Translations under genes and position numbers: made by a program
NCBI GenBank assembly: GCA_030632085.1
Contig: DAOVJY010000002.1
Coordinates: 13,325 to 77,324 of the forward strand
Direction: 5' to 3'
DNA: 64,000 bases
DNA from: Candidatus Omnitrophota bacterium
Lineage (GTDB): Bacteria; Omnitrophota; Gorgyraeia; JAGLLT01
The notes under the pieces: model-generated
What the model saw: only the letters and a program-made list of their open reading frames with translations
Told to the model about the DNA's origin: nothing
Databases searched by the model: none
Part shown: piece by piece, positions 28,022 to 35,623 of the stretch
Position numbering within the stretch: position 1 is the stretch's first letter
Layout: the number at the start of each line of letters is the position of its first letter

Positions 28022-29917
28022 TTGCGGCAGAAAATAGAGAGAATTATAAGAAAGCGCCGGATGATTAAGGCCGGTGTGGATAGGAAAGCGTTTATGAATA
28101 TTGCAATTTCAAGCGGCAAAGGCGGCACAGGTAAGACTTTTGTCGCTACCAATTTGGCTATTGTTCTAAAGAAACAGGATAATAAAGTTGCCTATCTGGA
28201 TTGTGACGTTGAAGAGCCCAACGGACATCTTTTTTTAAAGCCGGCAGTAATTACGGCTAAAGATATTCACATTACAGCACCGGCTGGCGTTGATAAAGAG
28301 AAATGCGATAACTGTAAAAAATGTGTTTCTGCCTGCGCCTTTAACGCCATTGCTTCGATTAAAGATAAAATTCTTTTTTTCAGGCAGTTATGTCATGCCT
28401 GCGGCGCTTGCCGAATAGCCTGCCCCAAAGACGCTATTATTTATGAAGAAAGAAAAATAGGTGTTTTAAATTCAGGAACCGCGGATAAAATAAATATTAT
28501 CTATGGGGAACTTCAGACGGGTGAAGGGGCTATGACTCCCCGGTTAATCAGTGAAGTTAAAAAACATATAAATTCTCAGGCCATTAATTTAATTGATACG
28601 GCTCCCGGCACATCCTGCCCCGTGGTTGAAGCTATTTCCGGTATGGATTTAGTGGTTTTAGTTACTGATCCGACTCCATTTGGAGTTAATGATCTTAAGC
28701 TCTCAGTAGATATGTGCCGTATGGTAGGCCATGAGCCTGTAGTTTTGGTCAATAGGGCTGATTATAAAAATAATGATTTAATTGAATATTGCGAAAAAGC
28801 TCAGCTTGATATTATTGGTGAGATACCGGATGACAGGCAGGTGGCTGAACTATATTCTGAGGGCAAGATGGCTGTCAAGTATTTAAAGGCCTATGATGAC
28901 CTATTTTCAAAGATAGGTGAAGAGATTATCCAAAGGGCGTTAAATAAAAAAATACCAAAAGTTTTAAAGAATCCGCAAAAGAGTAGTTTTACAAATAAAC
29001 TTAGCGCCATACCGGCCCAGGCAGAACCCATCCGAAGCAGATATGATGAAATTATAATTATCAGCGGCAAAGGCGGCACCGGCAAAACAACCATAGCCGG
29101 TGGTTTTGCCAGCTTAAGCAAAAACGCGCTTATAACTGATTGTGACGTTGACGCGGCAGACCTGCATATTCTTTTATCTCCTGAGATAAAAGAGGGATAT
29201 CTATTTTCAGGCGGTAAAAAAGCGGCAATTGATCAGGAGAAGTGTACTGCTTGCGGCAGATGTTATGAAGAGTGTCGTTTTGGTGCCGTTAAAAAAGAAG
29301 GCAGCGGTTTTATAATTGATCCTTTAAAATGTGAAGGCTGTAATACCTGTTCTTTGGTTTGTCCTCAAGATGCCATAAAATTAGAAGAGGCGGTTAACGG
29401 AGAGCTTTATGTTTCCGAAAGCCGTTTTGGTCCTATGGTGCACGCTAAACTCTACGCGGCTGAAGAAAATTCAGGTAAATTAGTCAGTCTTATCAGGCAG
29501 ATGGCCAGAGACAAAGTTGCAAATGTTTCCACCGCTATTTCTCTCAATGACGGCGCGCCCGGAACCGGTTGTCCGGTAATTGCCTCAATTAGCGGCGCGG
29601 ATTACGCGGTTGTGGTTACAGAGCCGACGGTTTCCGGAATTCATGATGCCGGCAGAGTTTTTGAACTCTGTACTTTTTTTAATATCAAGGCAGGTTTAAT
29701 TGTAAATAAGAGTGATATAAATTTAAACAAGGCTGAAGAATTGAAAGCTATAGCTTTGAAATCCAATGTGGACTTTTTAGGTATGGTGCCTTATGATAAA
29801 AGTACAACAGAGGCTCAAATGTTAAATAAAAGCGTAATTGAATATGATCAGGAATGCCCGGCGTCAAAACGCATTAGAGATATTTGGCAGGATTTAATTG
29901 AGAAGGTGAAAGTATGA
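28022..29917 (+). CDS. tandem-duplicated MinD/Mrp-type P-loop ATPase with inserted 2x[4Fe-4S] ferredoxin domains (COG1149-like)
   Basis: Two modules, each with a deviant Walker A (AISSGKGGTGKT, IIISGKGGTGKTT) and two CxxCxxCxxxCP ferredoxin motifs. The true start is probably Met-25 (MNIAISS at 28094). Confidence 0.8.
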   Translation: MRQKIERIIRKRRMIKAGVDRKAFMNIAISSGKGGTGKTFVATNLAIVLKKQDNKVAYLDCDVEEPNGHLFLKPAVITAKDIHITAPAGVDKEKCDNCKKCVSACAFNAIASIKDKILFFRQLCHACGACRIACPKDAIIYEERKIGVLNSGTADKINIIYGELQTGEGAMTPRLISEVKKHINSQAINLIDTAPGTSCPVVEAISGMDLVVLVTDPTPFGVNDLKLSVDMCRMVGHEPVVLVNRADYKNNDLIEYCEKAQLDIIGEIPDDRQVAELYSEGKMAVKYLKAYDDLFSKIGEEIIQRALNKKIPKVLKNPQKSSFTNKLSAIPAQAEPIRSRYDEIIIISGKGGTGKTTIAGGFASLSKNALITDCDVDAADLHILLSPEIKEGYLFSGGKKAAIDQEKCTACGRCYEECRFGAVKKEGSGFIIDPLKCEGCNTCSLVCPQDAIKLEEAVNGELYVSESRFGPMVHAKLYAAEENSGKLVSLIRQMARDKVANVSTAISLNDGAPGTGCPVIASISGADYAVVVTEPTVSGIHDAGRVFELCTFFNIKAGLIVNKSDINLNKAEELKAIALKSNVDFLGMVPYDKSTTEAQMLNKSVIEYDQECPASKRIRDIWQDLIEKVKV

Positions 29918-30768
29918 AAACCAATACTCATTGCATTCCATGTTTTTTAAGGCAGGCCAATGAAACCCTGGATAGAATTAGTGTTCCTGAAAACAAAAAA
30001 AGAGAAATCCTAAAAGCTGTCTCAGATGCTATTTTTAAAGTCCCCTTCGAGAAAAGTCCGCCGCATGTTGCCAGGAAGGTATATGAGGTTATAAGTGAAT
30101 TAACAGGCATTGAAGACGCCTATAAAAAAGAAAAAAAGCATGCCAATGAACTGGTTTTAAAGCTTTATCCTGAATTAAAAAAGAGAATAAATAATTCCGG
30201 CAACCCTCTATTTGAAGCTGTTCGCTTAGCGGCCATTGGAAATATAATAGACTTAGGCGTTAAATCAACTTTCAACCTGGAAGAAGAGTTAAAAGAAGAT
30301 TCAAATACAGAGTTTAAAATTTTTGACTTTGAAATATTTAAAGATAAATTAAGCAAAGCTAAAAATATTCTCTATATAGCTGATAATACCGGTGAAATTG
30401 TTTTTGATAAACTTCTAATTGAAGAGATCAAAAAACCGGTAACTATTGCCGTGCGGGGAAAACCTATAATCAACGACGCTACTTTGGAAGATGCTCTTAA
30501 TTGCGGCTTGGATAAAGTGGCTCATGTTATTTCCAGTGGTTCTGACGGCCCGGCTGCCATATTGGACAGTTGTAGCCGGGAATTTTTGGATATATTTGAT
30601 AAAGCCGATTTTATTATAAGCAAAGGACAGGGTAATTTTGAAGAATTATGCGATAGAGATGAACCCATTTTTTTTATTTTTAAAGCTAAATGCCCGGCTG
30701 TGGCCGATGATTTGCGAGTTAATGTAGGTGATATGATATTAAGTTACAAAACCCACCGGAAAAAATGA
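29914..30768 (+). CDS. DUF89 (ARMT1-like damage-control phosphatase) family protein
   Basis: 284 aa. N-terminal CIPCFLRQ motif and the DUF89 core. Confidence 0.7.
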   Translation: MKTNTHCIPCFLRQANETLDRISVPENKKREILKAVSDAIFKVPFEKSPPHVARKVYEVISELTGIEDAYKKEKKHANELVLKLYPELKKRINNSGNPLFEAVRLAAIGNIIDLGVKSTFNLEEELKEDSNTEFKIFDFEIFKDKLSKAKNILYIADNTGEIVFDKLLIEEIKKPVTIAVRGKPIINDATLEDALNCGLDKVAHVISSGSDGPAAILDSCSREFLDIFDKADFIISKGQGNFEELCDRDEPIFFIFKAKCPAVADDLRVNVGDMILSYKTHRKK

Positions 30769-31481
30769 AAATCAGAATTATAGCTGATAACTATACGCAG
30801 GATAGTAGATTTAAAGAGTGCTGGGGATTCTCAGTGCTTATAAATGATGATATTTTATTTGATACGGCTGATAGTGCTGAAACTTTTCTATATAACGCGA
30901 AACAGTTAGATGTTGACCTTTCAGCCATAAAAAAAGTAGTTATTTCACATGACCACTGGGATCATATTGGTGGGTTGGAATCTTTATTTAAAAAAAATCC
31001 TAACGTTGAACTTTATGGTTTAAAGGATTTTTCCGAAGATTTCAAAAATTTAGCCGATAAATATAACATAAAATTAATTGAATGTGAAGATTTTAAGGAA
31101 ATTGATCCAGGCGCTTATGTAAGCGGTTCATTTAAAACTATATATAAACAGAAAAAGCTTGTTGAACAAGCACTAATATTAAAAACTGTAAAAGGCCTTA
31201 TAATCATATTAGGTTGTTCCCACCCGGGAGTAGTTGAGATGGTAGAGGTTATAAAGAAGCATTTCAATGAGAAAATATACTACGTTATGGGAGGATATCA
31301 TTTAGGCTCAAAAACAGAGAATGAAATTGAAAATATAGCGTTAAAGCTGCAAAAACTGGGTGTTAATAAAGTTGCTCCTACACATTGTACGGGCCAAAAG
31401 GCAATTGATATTTTTAGTAAAATGTATAGCGATAATTTTTTACGCCTTAAAACAGGCCTGGAAATTGAATTTGATTTTTAA
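30765..31481 (+). CDS. MBL-fold metallo-hydrolase (COG1237-like)
   Basis: 238 aa. VISHDHWDHIGG metal-binding motif and GCSHPG. Confidence 0.75.
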   Translation: MKIRIIADNYTQDSRFKECWGFSVLINDDILFDTADSAETFLYNAKQLDVDLSAIKKVVISHDHWDHIGGLESLFKKNPNVELYGLKDFSEDFKNLADKYNIKLIECEDFKEIDPGAYVSGSFKTIYKQKKLVEQALILKTVKGLIIILGCSHPGVVEMVEVIKKHFNEKIYYVMGGYHLGSKTENEIENIALKLQKLGVNKVAPTHCTGQKAIDIFSKMYSDNFLRLKTGLEIEFDF

Positions 31482-31496
31482 GTGAAGACACAACTT

Positions 31497-31625
31497 ATAG
31501 AGCGGGAGCGAACATAAGTTGTATGTCTGAACTTACCCCGCAACTTTCTATTTCGGAGAAGTTCTTCGTAGCAAAAAAGTGCGGGGTTTAATTCGCACAG
31601 AAACTTACGCTCACTTTGTTTCGTA
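31497..31625 (+). promoter_or_regulatory. hairpin-rich intergenic region (three stable stem-loops), a candidate structured RNA or regulatory region
   Basis: agacacaacttat...ataagttgtatgtct (about 14 bp stem). ccccgca-N34-tgcgggg followed by tttaattcg (same architecture as 25088-25129). aaacttacg...cgtaagttt. Confidence 0.3.
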
Positions 31626-31689
31626 AGTTTAGCGCTCATTTAAAAAATAGCTTGAAATAACCCCCTATTTCTGTAACAATGTACTCTAA

Positions 31690-32256
31690 ATGAAAAAAGA
31701 ACGTATAGTTTTAGATACAAGTGTGTTTGTGAATCCGGAGTCAAAATATAAGTTCGGGCGCAAACCGACGACCGCGTTTTTGAATTTTCTTAAGCTCGCG
31801 GAGGGATCAAAGAAGTGCATTTTTTATATGCCCCCCTCAATATATGCTGAGCTTATGAATTTTATTGATTCAAGTAAAATACCGGCGAAACTTTTGTTAT
31901 TTATTCATAAAAAAGCTCCTAAAAAATATGAGTTGAGCATGCCGGCTATGTTCTTTTATGAACTGGTTGATGATATGAGAAAAAGGGTTGATAAAGGGTT
32001 GCGTCTGGCTGAGAAGGGGATACGTCAGGCTAAAGACGCGAAAAAGATAGATGAGGTTATAAAAAGAATAAGGCATGATTATCGGACGGCTTTAAGAACA
32101 GATACTATAGATTCCAAGGAAGATGTAGACCTGATTCTTTTGGCTAAAGAACTAAAGGCAACTTTGATTAGTGTTGATAATGGAGCTATCTTGTGGGCCC
32201 ATAAACTAGGCATTAAATGCCGTGAGGCTAAAGAGCTTAAAAGCTTATTAAAATAA
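31690..32256 (+). CDS. PIN-like domain protein, HARP (homolog of Aquifex protein-only RNase P) / MJ0950 RNA-ligase-partner family candidate
   Basis: 188 aa. N-terminal RIVLDTSVFVNPES and C-terminal LILLAKELKATLISVDNGAILWAHKLG acidic clusters resemble PIN_5/HARP proteins of about 190 aa. Confidence 0.5.
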   Translation: MKKERIVLDTSVFVNPESKYKFGRKPTTAFLNFLKLAEGSKKCIFYMPPSIYAELMNFIDSSKIPAKLLLFIHKKAPKKYELSMPAMFFYELVDDMRKRVDKGLRLAEKGIRQAKDAKKIDEVIKRIRHDYRTALRTDTIDSKEDVDLILLAKELKATLISVDNGAILWAHKLGIKCREAKELKSLLK

Positions 32257-32273
32257 CGTATAAGGAGTAAGTC

Positions 32274-32678
32274 ATGAGTGAAGAGAAAAAGGACGAACAG
32301 CAAAACATTGAGAATCAACCGGAAGTAAAAGAAGAGGTAAAGACGGAACAGTCAAAAGAAGAGGTAGCTAAAGAACCGCAAAAGCCGGAAGTAAAAAAAG
32401 AGGAAGTAAAACAAGAAGAAAAAGCTCCTGAAGTTGAGGTAAAACCGGCCGCGGAAGAAAAAATTGAGGAAAAGCCTCAGGAAGCAAAAGAGGCAGCTCC
32501 GGCAGTTCCGGTAGCTCCAACTGAAAGCAAAGAGAAGAAGAAAAAGAAAATAAACAATATGAGTTTGGATGAGCTGGATAAAAAGATCAAAGAAACAGAA
32601 GATAAAATGGGTAATCTAAATTCGAAGTACGCTCAATCCCTAAAAGAACAGAGAGAAAAACTTTCTAATAAAAGTTAA
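32274..32678 (+). CDS. Lys/Glu-rich low-complexity (probably disordered) protein
   Basis: 134 aa made of EVKxEE/KPE repeats. Good SD (aaggag) upstream. No recognisable domain. Confidence 0.45.
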   Translation: MSEEKKDEQQNIENQPEVKEEVKTEQSKEEVAKEPQKPEVKKEEVKQEEKAPEVEVKPAAEEKIEEKPQEAKEAAPAVPVAPTESKEKKKKKINNMSLDELDKKIKETEDKMGNLNSKYAQSLKEQREKLSNKS

Positions 32679-32774
32679 AAGTAAAACTAAAATTTTATCG
32701 CGGCAGAAGAAGGGTTAGAATAAAAATATTTACAGATAGATTGATTTCCGTGAATTATACCTAAAAAAAAGCAA

Positions 32775-32805
32775 AAGGGAGATATGGTTTTTATCTCCCT
32801 TTTTC
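32775..32805 (+). terminator. rho-independent terminator
   Basis: aagggagata / tatctccctt stem followed by ttttc. Confidence 0.6.
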
Positions 32806-32952
32806 ATTGAAAATAATAGTTAAATTTTGTATACTAATGATAGGCAAAACAAGAAATATTAAAAAACGCGGTTGGTTATATTTTGGCTCTTGCTCTATAG
32901 GTTTCTCACGGGAGCAAATTCACAAACTTAATAAAGATAAGAAGAAATATTT

Positions 32953-33753
32953 TTGAAAAAAAAGCAGGTTTTTTTTGAAAAGTTTGAAAATAACTTGTGG
33001 AAAGCGGGCTCAAGCCATATTGCCGGAATTGATGAAGCCGGGCTGGGCGCGTTAGCGGGGCCGGTTGTAGCCGCGGCAGTTATTTTTAAACCCGGTGAAG
33101 TAATCTTGGGAGTAAACGACTCCAAGCAGTTAACTCCCTTAAAAAGAGAAAAACTTTTTAAGGAGATTAAAAATAAAGCTCTTTGTTATTCAATAGGTAT
33201 TATTGATATTGAACTTATTAATAAAATAGACAATATTTTTACGGTTGGGCTTGAGGCCATGAAGAAATCTGTAATCAATCTTAGGGTTAAACCCGACCAT
33301 TTATTGGTTGACGGCAGACATATCCCTTCTGTAGAAATACCCCAAACCAGTATAGTCAGGGGTGACAGTAGAAGTTTTTCAATAGCTGCCGCTTCTATTT
33401 TAGCTAAGGTTTCCAGAGATAATTTGATGGCCGCGTATTCTAAAAAATTTAGGGATTATCAATTTTGTGAGCACAAAGGTTACGCTACGGCCGGGCACAT
33501 AAAGGCCATAAGGAATCTTGGCCCCTCTCCCATACACAGAACTTCCTATGATTTTGTGAAGGGCCTTTGCGGGGAGTTTTCCAAAGCATATTATTTTTAT
33601 GAACAGATTATTAAAGATAGTGGTGATTTATCAGAGTTAAACAGGGTAGTAATTAAAATTAAAGACAATAAACGGTTTTTAGGGATTGAAATAGCAAGGC
33701 TTAAAAAAAGAGTTAAAACCAAAATGAAATACCTAAAAGACAGGAGAGGTTGA
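32953..33753 (+). CDS. rnhB: ribonuclease HII with C-terminal extension
   Basis: 266 aa. GIDEAGLGALAGPVVAAAV plus the DSK and SIAAASILAK motifs. TTG start. About 60 aa extra at the C-terminus. Confidence 0.88.
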   Translation: MKKKQVFFEKFENNLWKAGSSHIAGIDEAGLGALAGPVVAAAVIFKPGEVILGVNDSKQLTPLKREKLFKEIKNKALCYSIGIIDIELINKIDNIFTVGLEAMKKSVINLRVKPDHLLVDGRHIPSVEIPQTSIVRGDSRSFSIAAASILAKVSRDNLMAAYSKKFRDYQFCEHKGYATAGHIKAIRNLGPSPIHRTSYDFVKGLCGEFSKAYYFYEQIIKDSGDLSELNRVVIKIKDNKRFLGIEIARLKKRVKTKMKYLKDRRG

Positions 33754-33754
33754 T

Positions 33755-34075
33755 ATGGCGGAAAATATAAGTGCTGACCAATTTGAAAGCGAAGTTTTAA
33801 AATCTGATAAACCGGTTTTGGTCGATTTTTGGGCCGAATGGTGCGGTCCTTGTAAAATGATGGATCCGGTGATTGATGAATTATCCCGGGAATTATTAGG
33901 CAAAGTCAAAGTTGTAAAGGTAAACGTTGATGAAGCCCGGACGATCGCGTCAGATTATGGAATCATGAGTATTCCCACTATTGCTCTTTTTAATGATTCT
34001 AAAGAAATCGCCCGTTTATCAGGAGCTATGCCAAAAGATCCTATTATCCATTGGCTTGAGTCTAATCTTAAATAA
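33755..34075 (+). CDS. trxA: thioredoxin
   Basis: 106 aa with WAEWCGPCK. Confidence 0.93.
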   Translation: MAENISADQFESEVLKSDKPVLVDFWAEWCGPCKMMDPVIDELSRELLGKVKVVKVNVDEARTIASDYGIMSIPTIALFNDSKEIARLSGAMPKDPIIHWLESNLK

Positions 34076-34080
34076 AAAAT

Positions 34081-34752
34081 ATGAAATCACTTTTTTTTAG
34101 GCCTCAAGCTGTTATTTTTGATATGGACGGGGTAGTCACCGATACTATGGGATTTCATTATAAAGCCTGGAAAAAGGCTCTGGCCGCATATGGGATTAAA
34201 GTTGGCCATTGTGATATCTATTTACGGGAAGGCCAGAAAGGTTTGGATACGGCTCTTGAAATGATGCAAGAGCAGAATATTGACTTTTCAGATGATAAGG
34301 CCCGGGAGATATTAAAGCTTAAAGAAGATATTTTTAAACAAATATCTCATCCAAAGTTAATGAGAGGTGCACCGGAGCTTTTAACGGATTTAAAAAAAGA
34401 GGGTTATAAGATGGCTTTGGTAACCGGAACAGCCAGAAGAGAAGTAGGCCATATATTACCTTCTAAGTTATTGAAACTATTTGATTTTACTCTTACGGGC
34501 AATGAAGTCAAAGCGGGTAAGCCCGATCCGGAGCCTTATAATCGGGCATTAGAGGTTCTTAAGTTACAACCCCGGGAAGCGGTTGTTATTGAAAATGCTC
34601 CCTTTGGTATTACTTCGGCTAAAGGTGCGGGTATATATTGTATAGCTGTTTGTACCTATTTAGAAGCAAAGTATCTTCAGGATGCCGATTTAATTTTAAA
34701 AAACCTCAAAGAAGTTGATAAAGTCCTCCTAAAAGCTCATCGCCATCATTAA
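34081..34752 (+). CDS. HAD-superfamily hydrolase (beta-phosphoglucomutase-like subfamily IA)
   Basis: 223 aa. VIFDMDGVVTDT motif I, later Lys and the DD motif. Confidence 0.85.
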   Translation: MKSLFFRPQAVIFDMDGVVTDTMGFHYKAWKKALAAYGIKVGHCDIYLREGQKGLDTALEMMQEQNIDFSDDKAREILKLKEDIFKQISHPKLMRGAPELLTDLKKEGYKMALVTGTARREVGHILPSKLLKLFDFTLTGNEVKAGKPDPEPYNRALEVLKLQPREAVVIENAPFGITSAKGAGIYCIAVCTYLEAKYLQDADLILKNLKEVDKVLLKAHRHH

Positions 34753-34879
34753 AATATTTAGTTTGGGTTTAAAAATAAATCATACTTGACTTTTAGGCGT
34801 CTTGGCTTTAAAATGATATCTTACCTTAATTATAGAAAAAAATACACATAATAAAATAGTAGCCGTTATATGTCATGGA

Positions 34880-35074
34880 TTGTGGGTGGCAGTATCAGCT
34901 GATGTCTTAAAAGGTAAGAAATGTACTTGTTTTTTTGCGATTAAAGATGATGTTATAAATGCCGGGGCTACATATCTGGATGAAGAGGTTGTTGTAGATG
35001 GTAATTTAATTTCATCCCGCAAACCTGAAGATTTGCCCGCTTTCTTAAGGGCTATTATTGATAAATTATCTTAA
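34880..35074 (+). pseudogene. DJ-1/PfpI family C-terminal fragment
   Basis: 64 aa. VLKGKKCTCFFAIKDDVINAGATYLDEEVVVDGNLISSRKPEDLPAF matches only the last third of DJ-1/PfpI. The N-terminal about 100 aa, including the nucleophile Cys, is missing, and the fragment starts with TTG. Confidence 0.6.
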
Positions 35075-35117
35075 TTTACGATGTGATTGATTAAGCTGCA
35101 AACGAAAGGAGACTGCA

Positions 35118-35600
35118 GTGGAGCTCAATAAAGCGATGGTAAGATTGCTCTCGAAACATAAAATTGTAATGGTTTCGAGCGCCTCAAAAGACGGCAAACC
35201 CAACGCTTCACTTAAAGGGATTGTAGAAGTCCTACCGGAGAAAGGGATAATATATTTTCTTGATTTGTATTCCCAAAAAACCAGGAATAATCTTTTGGAA
35301 AATCCGCAGGTTTCTATATCTATCGCGGATATTGATGGATTTGAAGGATATCAGTTTAAGGGTGTAGTTGAGCTGATGAATGACGGAGAGATGTTTAAAA
35401 AATATATTAAGAGATGGGAAAGGCAGAGAACGGTTTTATTAATCGAAAGAATGATAAAAAATGTTCAAAAAGGTTCCAGCCACGGACGCCATGAATTGTT
35501 TCTGCCTGAACCGAAATATCTGGTAAAAGTGCGCGTAACTGAAATTTATGATTTGTTACCCCACAGTGGTTCTCAGAGTAATAATAAAAAGAAAACTTGA
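35118..35600 (+). CDS. pyridoxamine 5'-phosphate oxidase-like FMN-binding split-barrel protein
   Basis: 160 aa. GTG start. KIVMVSSASKDGKPNASLKGIVEV is typical of the PNPOx-like family. Confidence 0.65.
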   Translation: MELNKAMVRLLSKHKIVMVSSASKDGKPNASLKGIVEVLPEKGIIYFLDLYSQKTRNNLLENPQVSISIADIDGFEGYQFKGVVELMNDGEMFKKYIKRWERQRTVLLIERMIKNVQKGSSHGRHELFLPEPKYLVKVRVTEIYDLLPHSGSQSNNKKKT

Positions 35601-35623
35601 AATATAAACGGAGATTTTTTGAG

